50,026 nucleotides of DNA. Origin: Peribolospora baueri (lineage: Eukaryota). The stretch lies in assembly GCA_029717555.1 (NCBI GenBank), contig JAMDHS010000071.1:62001-112026 (forward strand). The letters are read 5' to 3'. The translations under genes were made by a program, and so were the position numbers. Shown piece after piece: positions 25,482 through 37,920 of the stretch. Numbering within the stretch: the stretch's first letter is position 1; each line of letters opens with the position of its first letter. Below the pieces are notes generated by a model. The model was not told where the DNA came from, ran no database searches, and worked only from the letters and a program-made list of their open reading frames with translations.

Positions 25482-27557
25482 TCATCCGCTCCACCTTGAC
25501 GAGCCAGGCATGGCGGGCGCGTTGGGGTCGTGTGCGTACCCGCCTCCTCCATACGGGTCCTGATGCGCGTGGTACGCTGCGCCGCCGGCGAAGGGGTCGG
25601 CCTCTAAGCCACTGCCACTGCCGTACATCCCCATCGGCTCTGCGCCAGCGGACACGGCGGCGGGCGGCGGGGCAACCATGTCGAACTCTGGGCTCGGGCC
25701 GCGCTGCAGGTCCGCATACGCTTCACCGCCGCCGCCGCCGCCGCCGGCTCCAGCGTGACCGGTCGAGTTGGTGTAGTTCTCGTGCGCCGTCGAGTACGCC
25801 TCTTGGCTGTGCGTCGACGCGGAGCGGGCGACGTTGGCACCGGCGGGGCCGTAGGCAAAGACGGGGGACGGCACGGGGGCGAGGCCGAAGGGGTAGTCAG
25901 ACGCAACGGGGTAAGGGTGGTGATCGAGCTCGGTCATGGGTTGCTCGTTCATCATCATCCTCGTGCTTCCCATGCTGGTCGGCCTGCCGGCCACGAAACT
26001 CTGGTCGCTGCCGCCGCTGCCCATCCGGCTGTGGCTTCGGTGCGCGGGCACGATGCCGCCGAGCGCCTCGTGCACGCTCTCGCTGTCCGCGCTCGCTCCG
26101 GCGCCGTGTGGGTCAAAGTCGATCGGGTTGAGCCTGTTCTCGAACCGCTTGCTCGGCGAGAACTTGGTCTTGCGAACGATCGTCCATATGGCGATGACGG
26201 CGCCGACGACGGACGCGGCGACGATGACGCCAATCAACGCGGCGTGGCCCATGCCACCACCGCTGTCGCTGTCCGCGGATGAGGCGGAAGGCGTCGGCGT
26301 TGCCGTGTCCGTGTTCGCGTCTGAGAAGGCGGCGGTGGGCGACTGGGTCGCGGTCTGCGTAAGCGTGAGGGGGCCCTGGGTGGACGCGGCGGTGGACGAG
26401 GATGTGGCGGTGGTCGAAGACGAGGACGCGAGCGAGGAGCTCGCCGAGGACTGGCTAGAAAGGCTGATGGACGAAGCTGAGATGCTGAGGGAAGACGGGG
26501 CCGATGGAGAAGCGGCGCTGGCAGAGTTGACGTCGCTGGCGCCGGCAAAGGTGATCCCGCCGATGCCGTTGTTCGGAGTGTTCGCCGGACTGTTGTTGCC
26601 GCCCGGAGCGGGCGAAGGGGCGGGCGAAGGGTTTTGGTTCCCGCCCGTGTTCCTGCCGCTACCGGGGGTCGGGTTGGCGACGTTGGGGGAGTTGGCTGGA
26701 AGGAGAACGGGGCGAAGTGGAGGTCAGTGACCGTTCGAGCACGCACTCATCCACCTCGACGCTCGGGTCTCTTTCGCCGCCAGGGAAGCGAAAAGAAATG
26801 GCAAGAGAGGAAAAGGAAAAAGAGCGGCGCCGAGTCCAGATGACTCCGACAAAAGAGACAATAAAGAAAAAGGAAAGGGGGCGGGCGACCGCTGATCCTC
26901 ACGGCTACCGGTTTGGGGGCCGCTGGCGGGGTCCGGAGATGAGGGACTGCCGAGGAGGCAGCCGAACAAGCCATTGCACGAATTGTCCGGAGTCGGGGCG
27001 CGACGGACTGGGACGTGGCGATGGGCGTCCGAGGGTGGAGGGGTGATAAGGCGAGAATGGCCGAAGCGGTGAGGACGGGAAGGGCGACGAGAAGACAGAC
27101 AAAGAGACGGCACGAGACGAGGACGACGGGCAAAGAAACGAATGGAAGAGAGACAAGCAGAAAAACCATCGAGACGCCGTTCGCAATGCGGGCGGCAAAG
27201 AACGCGAACGAGAACCCGAGTCGAACACTCACCATTACCGGGAGCCGCATTGCTGCCACCTCCATTATTCGAAGGCGGACCGGCAGCGGCGGTGGGGGAA
27301 GGGGCGTTGTTGTTTCCGCCGCCGAGGAGACCTCCAACGACGCCTCCGAGGAGGCCATCTCTCTCCTGGAGGTCATCCCCCTCTTCGACGACGATGCGGG
27401 ACACTTCGAACCCTCGGGCGGCAGCGGCGGCGTGATGTTTGCGGATCATGCGCGGCTGGGGGAGGCCGTGAGCGAGACGGTCATCGGCGAGCGTGAGGGC
27501 GGGGGAGGTGGCGGCGAGGAGGGCGAGGAGGGCGAGGAGACGCGTCCTTGAAGGCAT
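25482..27557 (-). CDS. Single-pass cell-surface protein with Mid2/Wsc-like architecture
   Basis: Signal peptide MPSRTRLLALLALLAATSPALTLA, then a Gly/Asn/Pro- and Ser/Thr-rich ectodomain. Transmembrane segment ALIGVIVAASVVGAVIAIWTIV followed by RKTKFSPSKRFENRLNPIDF. Exons about 27557-27233, 27007-26909, 26695-25482. Confidence 0.8.
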
Positions 27558-28809
27558 GTCGGCTGGGAAGCGTGACAGGACCGCCGTCCTTTTCTGCGCG
27601 CGGGCGAGGAAAGAGCGTGTATAGGAAGGGCAAGGTGGGAGGTTGGGGAGGAAGAGCGGGTGGAAGAGCGAGGGAAGAGCAAAGGGACGGGGACGAGCCG
27701 GTCGTCTGTCGGGAAACGATGACGTCGCGTCGAAGGGGGCGGTGGGCCGGTTCTAGAGGCTGGGTCGTCTAGGACGAGTGGGAAGACAAGGTGTGGGAAG
27801 CCGAGTCGGAAGAGGGAATGTCCCGTGTCCAGCACTTGCGAGGATGGGATGGTGGTCGAAGAGGAAGAGGAAGAATGAAAGCCGGCAGCGGAGAAGATGA
27901 AGGCGGGGAGGGGCAGGCCGACGTGGCTTGCTGGCTGGCTTGCTGGCCCGCTGGTTGGCTTGCGTCGCGGACGGTACGGTGCGTGCAATAAGGAAAGTCG
28001 GACAAACGACGGTGCGAGCGGGAGATGGGCTCTACTGTGCGCTGTGCGATGGTGTCCGAGGCGGGGACGGGTAGAAGGAGACCTGCACTGAGCTAGGGTC
28101 GGGATGGCGATGGGCAGGAAGAGGGAGTGTGGGTGGACAAAAGAGAGTGGGGGCGGTGGAGCGAGGCGAGTGGGAGGGGCTCGGAGGGGGGTAAGGGAGC
28201 GAGGACGGGGACGATGGCAACCGAGGGCTCAAGCAAGTCGTCGTCGTTGTCGTCGTGATGATGGTTGTGGTGGTGGTTGTCGTCGTCGTCTAGTCGTTCA
28301 CCCTCCTCGTCGCCGACCACCATCGTCGGCTGGCGGGCGCGCCAAGGCGCAGTCGGGTCGCGCCATGACTGCGGCAGACAAAGGAAAGGGCGCTGCGCTG
28401 TGGAAAAGGACAAATGGGATTTCACGCAAAAAGCCGCCGGTCGGAATTCGATTTGAGCCGCCCCAGCGCGACGTTTGTAGTCGTCATTACAATCCACTCC
28501 TATATTCCCCCGCCCGCCAGCCCCGCCCATAACCCTAGCTGTGCCCGTCTTTCCCACGCCTCCCCTTTTGGCGCCCGGCCGAGCCGTCTTACCGCAGCAA
28601 GCCCGACCGCAGGCACGCCTTTTTTATGGGACGGTCGGATGGAGATGCCGCCCACGCCGGTCGACAGGAACGAACGCAGCTGGACGGCCTGGCCTCTCTC
28701 TCCCTTGTGACGTACGTACGACACACACACATCATGCGCCTCGACGGAACGAGCGATGGCGAAAGAGTTTAGATTCACAAGCTCGTCCACGACGACAGAC
28801 GTCCAGTAT

Positions 28810-28810
<1 letters not shown>

Positions 28811-28851
<41 letters not shown>
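28811..28851. repeat. (AAAG)n microsatellite
   Basis: Read directly; about 10 units. Confidence 0.92.
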
Positions 28852-28852
<1 letters not shown>

Positions 28853-28979
28853 GCAGAAAGAAAGAGTCGGAGACGGAGACGGAGATGGAGACGAGAGGCG
28901 GGAACGACGACGATACATGAGACGAGACGACACAAGAGCGAGCGAGATAATAAAACCATCCCACACCACCATCCGCCCA

Positions 28980-31856
28980 TCACGCGGCCACGGCCACGGC
29001 GGCCGTCGTTGCCAGACTCGGCGTCTCAGCAGCGCCAACGACGACGTTCCCCGCGCCCGCCTCCGTCCTCCTCGTCCTCTTGTCCGCAGCGGCACGCCCG
29101 GAAGCGGCCCAAAGCCGGTCTTTGCCCTCCACCTCGATATCCTCGAACGCACCCTGCTGCTCCAGCTTTACACAGTCCCTCGTGCCCAGGACGAGGAGCT
29201 CGAAGAAGAACGCGGATGCGGCGCGCCGAGAGGACTGTAAAAGCAAGGCGAAAGGGAAAGAACACCACGCCGGTCAGTCGACCGACGCACGCACGCTTCA
29301 TTAGTCCCTCTCACCGTCAGCTCACCTTCTCGGCCACCTTGGCAAAGCTCATCTTGACCTCCGCCGGAGGCTGCCTCGCCTCTGCCCCGCCCGTCTCCTC
29401 GCCTTCCTCAGAACGAACGCGCTCCGGCGCCTGCCGCTGACGCCTCTCCCTCGACAGCTCGCCCCTGACGATCCTCAGCGCGCGCACCGTGTTCTTGCTC
29501 CACCCCTTCTTCCTCCCTTCCTCCTCCTCCGCTTCCGCCGCCGCATTCACCACTTCCTCCTCTTCCTCTTCCTCCTCCCCAGGCCGTCGAGACCGCTCCC
29601 GACCTCCCGCCGTCGACGACGGCCGCTTGTCGAACACCGCCAGCAGGTTGCCGCTCTCGATCGAAGACTCCGCAGACGGGCTTGACGCGCGTGATCCCCC
29701 CGCCGCGCTCTCCTCCTCCCGCTCCGCCCCCGCACCGCCCTTCGTGCGCCGCCGCTTCGAAGGGCTCCGCCCCTCCTCCGCCCACGCCCCATCGTCCCAT
29801 CCCAGCCCGTCCACCCCGTCAAAGCCTACGTCGTCCGCCGGCAGGTGGAAGTCGTCCAAGTCCCCGTCGAACCGACTCGCCCCTTCGCCGCCGCCCACCG
29901 ACGACAGGTCAAAGCCAGCTTCGCTCCCCCTTCCCAGACGCACGCTCGCCACGTCCGTCCCCACGCTTGCCGCCCGACGCCCCACCTCTGATCGCAGCTC
30001 CTCCTCCTCCTCCCCTTCGCCCCCGCGCACCCTCTTCGGCGTTCGCTCTCCCTCCGTCCCCGCACTCTCGTCCCGCGTCCTCCTCTTCGGATGGAACATT
30101 TCCGTCGAGAACGTGAACAGCTCCCTCAACTCGGGTACCAGGCCCGGCGGTCCCGCGAACACCGCGTCCTGATGCGACGCCTTCGGGTCCGCGAAAGGTA
30201 GGAAGTGCGCGATCGGGTCGGCCCGGATTTGGAGGAGGCGGAGGTGCGCGCGCGAGCTTGGCAGGTATTGTGACTACATGAAAGTCACCAGAAAAGGACC
30301 GGGAGGGGAGTAAAGGTCAGATAGATCGTTCTCATCTCAAGCTAGGCAGTCGTCGCCATCATCGTCCACCGTCGTTGATCACTGACCTCGGAGACAATAT
30401 CCTCGACGCCGGCCCTATCTGTCTGGCTTGCGCCGATTTGATTCCCACCGGGCAGGTCGATCACCTCATCCACGATCTGCCGACGGCTCTTCCTTCCTCT
30501 ATTCTGCAGCTCGTGCTCGCGCCTCTCGGCAGCCTCTTGCACACGCGCTCGCGTGCCAGGCGTCATGTTCTGCAGCGCCACCAGCATCGTGTCGTCCCGG
30601 TTCTCAGGGGTGACAGAGCGGGCCACTAGACGCGAAAAAAAACCGGAAATTTAATCTGTCAGTTCGGCTCGCTATGCTCATGAAGGAACATCGACCAGAC
30701 TCACATCGTTGGCCCATACTTTCCCCTGCCGCCCCTCCATCGACGTCCATCCTCCCATCATCCAAACCAAGGTCAAGACCGAGGTCAAACTCTCCCTCCT
30801 GTCCCTGTCCGTCGCCACCACCAAAGCCCAGATCCAACGCCATGTCGTCCTGACCTGCCTCAAAGCCAAAGTCCGGCCCGGCGCGAGCGTCGGAACGGAG
30901 CGTGATGTCCCCCTCGCCGCCGTCTTTGTCAAAGCCGCCTATGAGCGAGCCGATCGATTGGCGGGGAGCGCTGATCGCGTCCCTACCCACTCCAACGCTC
31001 ATCGTGTCGTCTCCCGCGCCCTCTGGGATGCGGTTGCCGTCCGCGTCGACCTCCCGACCGTGCTCGTCGTACCGCTTCTGCGCCGACGCGTTCGGATCGA
31101 GATCGAGACCGAGGTCAAGATCGAGGTCAAAGTCCTGCGAGTCCAGCCCCGGCACGCCGTCGTCGAGGTTCAACATTCCCGCCGCGCCCCCGTCCAAGTC
31201 GTCGTAGTCAAGCGTGCGCAAAGTGATGTCATCCGGACGAGAGGTTGGCAAGCGGTTGGGCACGCTCGTCGCGTTGAGATCAATGTTCCTGAGTGTGGAA
31301 GAAAAAAGGCGTTGAGATGCCGGCGACCGTGACCAGGCAAATCCGCTTCGATAGATTCGGCTCACCAGTTGTTCAACGGCTCCTGCAGGAGGATGTCCCA
31401 CTCGGTGCGCGTGTCCTGAAGGGTGATGGCGTTGCGATTGGCGTTGAGCTGATCGTGCGTCATGTCAACCACGCCCGGACGGAAGGCCATCTTGAGCTTG
31501 AGGAGAGCCTCGTTGCAATCGTCAAGAAGGTACTTGGCTTTGCGGCTGTAGATGCGCACTACGCCCAGAAGCAGCTGGCCGGAGAGACGGAGAGCCATGG
31601 GGACAACGTCTTGGCCCATGATCGCACCTAAAAGCCAAGAAGAAGCGAATCGAGACGAGCGTAAACGTGGCGTCCCCGCATGAAGCAGCCAGAAGTACGA
31701 CGGGAAACGTTCAAAACATCGCAAAGACTCACCGACAGACTTTTCGATGTTGGTCTGTAGGAACTGCGTCTTGCTCAGCTTTCGCTCCCAGTGAGCGGCG
31801 AGCCAGACGCGGGCGAGCGGCCCGCGCCGCGAGAGAATGGCGTCGGAGTAGAACAT
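28980..31856 (-). CDS. RAD21: Cohesin kleisin subunit Rad21/Scc1
   Basis: N-terminal MFYSDAILSRRGPLARVWLAAHWERKLSK and PMALRLSGQLLLGVVRIYSRKAKYLLDDC. C-terminal winged helix RRAASAFFFELLVLGTRDCVKLEQ. Candidate separase ExxR site SEVGR. Confidence 0.97.
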
Positions 31857-32561
31857 GGGCGAGGGACCTCAACGAGCTGCTATGACTTGCTCTTGGGTGA
31901 AAAGGGACGCGAGTGATGACCCTGCGACGGTCGCACGGGTGGATGGGCGAACGGCGACGCGGATCGGACGGGCGGAGGCGGGCTGTAGAGTGTCAATGGA
32001 CACAGGATGGAGTAGACCGTCTCGTCCGCACGACGTAGAAGCGACGACGATCCACCAGACCGTGAATCAAGATGTAAGTCCACCGGAACGAAACAAGAGA
32101 AAGAGGAAAAGAGAGAAACGACGCTTCCAAGCAAATGAAGCCAATGGAGTGAAGAAATGGAGATGGACGGGGGAACGAGGGGAGCGTGTAAAACGCGGGC
32201 GCAATGAGACGCGACGCGGAGAGGACGCGACCGTGTTCATCCGCTAATGAGCGACGATCGCCGTCTGCCGCAGCCGCGACGGCCCCTTCTTGGAGAGCGG
32301 CCGCGTCGTGACCAGCGCGCCAGACCAGCGACGAGTGTGATTTGGAATATGACTTGAGGATAACGTGGTATGTATACATCAGGAAGTTGTATGTGAAATC
32401 ACACGAGCGAGCCACGACAGCGGATCCACGTCCAGTTGCATTCTACGAGTTTAAAAGGATTTTCCTTTTCTTCCTCTTCCGAGAACACACCGCCGGGGAG
32501 AGGGGTCTAGACGGTATATGTATCATCGGATTCTATCCCCGCTAGCGAGCTGGCCCTCTCC

Positions 32562-33430
32562 TCACTTCGCGCAAAGGTCCCTGATTTTCCGCACCACGAT
32601 CCCCCTTTCGTATTCGTTCACCCAATGCCCATGCGCCGGCAGAATCTCGCAGGTCACCTCCGCCTCCTCGCCCAACGTCTGTTCCACCCGCCGAGCAGAT
32701 GATCGCACCTGCTCGGGCGAGAAGAACGTGTCGGCTACGCCAGACAGGAGCCAGACCGGCGTCAGAGGTGGCAGGTCGGAAGCGTTTCCGGACAGAGATG
32801 GCCTGTCTTTCGGTGGGAGGGAAGGGACAGAACGGAAGTTGGTGCCAGAGAGCGCGAAGACGGACGCCAACCGTTCCGGGGGCGACGACGAGGCGCGAAC
32901 AGCACAGGCGAGCAAGTAGGTTAGGCTGAGACAAGCGCCCTGGGAGAAGCCGACGAGGATGATGCGGGAAGAGGGCACTCCAGCAGACTGAATGGAAGAG
33001 ATTGTGCGGTCGATCCGGGTCAAGGCGCCCGTAAGGTATGGTTCTTGTTCCTGCGCGTCCAAGAAGGGTGGTGTCGGGCGTCGATCAAGAATGTTTGATA
33101 TGGGTGCCGACGACGTGTGAAACGGGACATCGTTCGACGATCAGGCTAACGGGACCGACTCACCTCTTGCGGCTCATGATCCCACTTGTGCGGATACCAA
33201 GTCCTGCCCTGAGCCTCTATAGCGATCGCATACACGTCTTCACCACGGATGCCATCCGAATCTAACAACGGCCCGAAGCCGGTCATCATGTCCTCCGCGC
33301 TGGCGCCGCGTCCGTGAACGAGCACCAGCGCGGCCTTGGTCGAGGGCGAAGGCGGCTTTCCTCGAGTGAGCTGGAGGCTGTTCGAGTGTGGGAGGTCGCC
33401 CGTGCTGGCGAGGGACGTCATGGCGGACAT
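32562..33430 (-). CDS. Phospholipase/carboxylesterase (alpha/beta hydrolase); alternative start at 33589
   Basis: Two exons, to 33164 and 33050-32562. Motifs: VLVHGRGASAEDM, nucleophile elbow GFSQG, candidate Asp (ADTFF) and His (HGH). Confidence 0.88.
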
Positions 33431-33952
33431 CCCTGGGCGGTTCTGAAGGAAGGAGGAAAGGGGAGTGACGCGTCTTTTGAGCTCCTGGGGCCCTGTGAGG
33501 AACGAGACGAGGACAGCAAGAAGGACAAGCACTGGAGGACGTGATATGGGCTTGCGGGCGACGTGCACGAGCTGCCTCAGGGGGTACATGGACCACAGGA
33601 GGGAGCTGCTGAAGTTGTCAGTTCGGAGGGGGTAGCAGACGCAACGCAACGATGATCATCATCCCGGCTCGGCTATTCGTCGCCCTGCCGATCGTTGGCC
33701 CGTGCGGGCGCGAGCACGAGTAACCCTAACCGGGCGGAATGACGTTGTGGCCGAGTGCGAGTGGCGCATTCACTCGCTAACCATCCATTCGACCCTTCCA
33801 TCTCCAGGATTATCGCCAGGGTCATTTCACCGCCGTCGGGGGCATCGCATCGCCGTCGTCTTCGCCGGTTTCTTTGCTCCAGTTCTGGCGCATCTCCCGC
33901 TTCCAAGCCATACGTATACCGCCTCCTTCGCAACCCGATCACATCACCCGAC

Positions 33953-36352
33953 ATGTCCTTTCCCGGTCGAGGTCACCGCCTAGGCGATTCCGACCGGGAC
34001 GACCACAACTCATCGCCTCCCCCCACCTCTTCTTCTGGCAGTCCTCCCGCTGCTCCTGGCCACGGCTTTGATGGCCTTTCGCAGTCCGTTCCATCTGCCC
34101 ATCCTAGCAGCGACAGCAGCAGCGGCACTGGCATGGGCACGCGCCCAACGGCAACATTCCCACAGCCGCGGACCCCCCAGGCACAGCAGCGCTTCTGGTG
34201 TCATGAGTGCGGAATGGAGATTCATCCCCTTCGGACGCCGGACCTGGAGTGCCCGAATTGCCATGGAGGGTTCATCGAGGAGGTGAGTTCGAGTTGCGGT
34301 CACTCCAGCTCGTTCTCGAGACTGGGAGCGTGCCTCCGCCTTCAGCTTCGTTGTGTTCATCTCCGACCCGTTCCGGTGCACTCACTCACTTGTCCTCTTA
34401 TCTTCCCAACCGAACGAACTCTCTGCACTTTATTAACTGGACGAACAGATCGAGCCTGACACCGCGGACGACCCGCGCAATTTCGACCGTTATGACGATG
34501 AAGCGCCGAACCCGTTCACCTTCTTCGGCATGTCGCCCGATCGCGGCGCGGGACTTGGCGGTGGTCCCGGCGGCGATCATACTTCTTCCTTCTTGCAGAG
34601 CTTGTTTGGAGCACCATCCGGTGCAGCGGGTGCCGGCGGGGGGTCGCAGCAACACCAGTCGTCTTCTCCCCGACCTAGCTCGGCAGGTGCTATGGGTTCA
34701 CCGGGATCGTCGTCCTGGAGCTCGGATCACGCAAGCTACGGGTCTGGTCGATCCCCCTCGGGGGATGGCAGCGGCGGAAGCAGGCCCAGGGGAACAGGAA
34801 CCTTTTCTATGAGCAGCTCCAACGGCGGCACTTGGACTTTCCACTTTGGTGGGCCTGCGACTTCCCGTCGAGATGGGCAGCCTGGGCAACCTGGGCAGCC
34901 TGGCGAACCAGGTATGTCGAACCTCAACAGGGCCGGACGTGATGGTTTTCCTGGTGCAGGTGGGGATGGGAGCGGGCAGAGAGGACAGCCCGCCAGTGTG
35001 CCCAGTCTTGCAGAGTGAGTCGTCGTTCGCTCCTTCGCTGGGCCGCGCACTCGTCATGGTGGCGCTCATGGGTGTCTCCCATTCCTTGGGTGGATGCTAC
35101 ATTCGACTGATCTACGTCAACCCCATAATTTTTCGTTTTGTTCTTTTTCTCGTGTAAATGTGCGCCTTCCAATGGATAACAGGTTCCTCAATACAGCATT
35201 CAACGCGCCACGAGCAAGGTCGCCTTCGCACGCTCCTTTCTCCCCTTCGTCTCCGGGACCACATTCTCCCAGCGCCGAAGGTCGACCAGAGGAGCCCGGA
35301 AGCGGACGCCATGGCGAGTCGGCAGGCGCGGACAACGACGAACTGGCGGGCCTGCGCAACCTGATCATGGGCCTCTTCGGCAACGCCGGCGTCAACGTGC
35401 AACCTGTGCCCGGTGGGATGGCCTTTGCAATGACGGGAGGCGGTACCGGCCGCGGTAGGTTTCCTTATCAAATGATGTTTGGTGGCGATAACCCTGGGCT
35501 GGCTGAGGCGATGCTCGGCGGAGGTCGGTGGGGAGATTACGTGTTCAGTCAGCAAGTGAGTGTTGCCTTCCGCTGGGAATGAGCGTTTGATCTTTTCGTC
35601 TGCGTCGCGGAGGTTCTGATAGTGGCCTTGCTATCGCCTCCTGTCAGGGCATCGATGACATCATCACGCAACTCATGGAACAGGCCAACGGCCGAGACGG
35701 TCCTCGACCGGCGTCTGAGTCAGACATCGCAGGCCTGGAGCGACTCAAGCTGGACTCGACGGACAACCTGAAGAAGTTTAAAAATACGGACTGCCCGACG
35801 TGCAAGGACGATTTCACCGTCGAACCGCCGGAGGTGGTCGTGGCCATGCCATGCCAGCATATTTTCCACGAGGACTGTCTCGTCCCCTGGCTCAAGGTCA
35901 ACGGCACTTGCCCCGTGTGCCGGCATTCCATCGTCTCAGATCAGGGTGCGAGTGGAGAGAACGGCGATGGTGGTGGCGGTAGTGGTGGTGGGAGTGGCGG
36001 CGGCGGCGGCGGTAGTGGTGGGCGGGACCGGTCGACTTCGAACGAGGGCGGTTCTTCCTCCGGCGGACCAGGCCGGAGTCCACCATCCGGCCCGGGGGGC
36101 TCAGGTAACACCCACTCGAGCTCAAGCTCGGGGAACGAACGGCCTCACATCCCCGGCGCCTTTTCTCTCTTCAACTTCTTCCAGACGCCTTCTGGGCAGC
36201 CCGGAGACAGGCACAGCGATAGCACGGGCAGAAGCGACGGCGTCCGTTCCTCTTCCCCTCCTTCGTCGCCGCTCGGCTCGGGCTCTCAGCGCAATGGGAG
36301 CGGGGGCACAGCCGGTTCGAATGTGGAGCTGGAGCCTGAGCCGCTGGACTGA
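33953..36352 (+). CDS. RING-H2 E3 ubiquitin ligase with N-terminal zinc ribbon (RNF115/126-like)
   Basis: Zinc ribbon FWCHEC...CPNCHGGFIEE; GDYVFSQQGIDDIITQLMEQ; RING-H2 CPTCKDDF...MPCQHIFHEDCLVPWLKVNGTCPVCR. Confidence 0.93.
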
Positions 36353-36849
36353 TCGAGGTCGTGGGAGCCGGCTGCATTGCGTATGCTCGAGGTAGTCCTT
36401 CAATGCGCACCCCCCTTTCGCTTTGAGTGACTTCTTCTAACTAACGTGTCAACGTGCATCCATACGGGTCCGTCTCGGTTTGTGTCCTTTTTCGTCTTCA
36501 TCATCCGGTTAGCTTTGTCCTCCTTCGTCTCGTCTGCGCATCGAAAGAGGTTCGTTCCACGTCACCAACCCATCGCTTCAGTTTGATCTTGTCCTCTGTG
36601 CACTCGTCCGACATGCCGTATCTAGCTACCCAGTCAGACCGATTTCCCCGGCTTCCATCGTCTCGCCCCCCCGCCCCAATTGTAGCCTTCCCGACCACGC
36701 TCGGTCGCATGACTTGAATGACCGTTTGAGTCGTCGTCCAAACCTTTACATTCGCTCGCCGTGTCATCGTCATCGTCATCTTCCCGTTTCGTTTGCGACG
36801 GCGCGCGGGGACTGTCGAGCACGTCTGACGGCGTCCTAGCGGGAAGGGT

Positions 36850-37588
36850 GTCGCTCGCTCGACCGCTCCATCGTCCCGTCCTGTCTGTCCTCTTCCTTCG
36901 GCGTTCCCGTCCCCTGGGCATCGCCGGCCGTGTCCAATGAGCGTCTCTCCTGCTGGTGCCTGCGTATCCTATCTGCTCCCACCGCCCACCACCCACCACC
37001 AACCGGTTGGGAGAACCAGGCCCGTCGCCTGAATGTCGTGTCTGATGCTGATCTTCGACGCACACAGGTCTTTTTGTCCCTGCGAAGCCAGCCCGTCCCG
37101 CACGTTCCGGACGAGTACAAGCTCCTGGCCGACAAAGTGCGCTCGTTCCAAGGCTTCTACAGCGTCACCCTCCGCTTGGGATACACGGCCCCGATCGACC
37201 TGGACTGGCTGAATGCGGACCTCGTGCGTGTCTTAACGGCACTGGAGGAGCAGGCTGCGGGCGGTGCCATGTCGCGGTGCCCTGAGAGCATCCACGAGGT
37301 GGCCAATGTCATCACTCATATGTGAGTGATTTTTTTGCTTCTCACTCGACCCGTTTCCGTTTTCCATGGCGTGCGCTGACCGGCTCGTCTCGACGATCCG
37401 ATCTCATGCGGTCCATCAGCTACCCGGCCTACTACGTCCTCTCGGCCCCCGTCTTTGAGAGGCGCTTCGGAAAGGGCAAGTTTGCGCGCGCTGTCGACAG
37501 AGTCCGTGGCTTCGTCTTGGAGGAGTGCTTCCGTCGCATTCGTACCGGCTTCACTCAGGAGGACAAGCCGTTCCACTTGTCTGAGGAG
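36850..37588 (+). pseudogene. C-terminal remnant of a KUP/HAK potassium transporter
   Basis: Exons 37068-37321 (VFLSLRSQPVPHVPDE...VRSFQGFYSVTLRLGY) and 37420-37588 resemble the KUP cytoplasmic domain. There is no room upstream for the transmembrane domain. A TGA lies at 36938 in the putative upstream exon. Confidence 0.7.
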
Positions 37589-37920
37589 GTGAGGATGCCC
37601 GGGGTCGTCGGGAGTGTGGACGCTGGGAAGGCGCTGCCCATCTCCCCCGCAGATCGTAGAAGTGACCGTCGCCGCCCAAATTTGAAGTTTTCAAGTCCTG
37701 GGCCTCGGGCGCGCGCTCCACGGGTCCACCTCCGCCAACGCACTTTTTTACTTTTCTGACCATCCGTCTCGCACGTTTTCTCGTCTCGTGTACACGACTC
37801 GAGGATGGGAACGCCTAGGAACGAGTTTCTCCGTTGGCAATGCCGTAACATTCATTTGACGCCGGGTACATTCCTTCAAAGGCTGGGATGAACATGGAAG
37901 GATCACGCGGGAAAACGAGG

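Noticed and set aside
25496..31332. Long antisense ORFs over the Mid2-like and Rad21 genes
   Set aside because: They are shadow ORFs caused by GC-rich codon usage on the coding strand.
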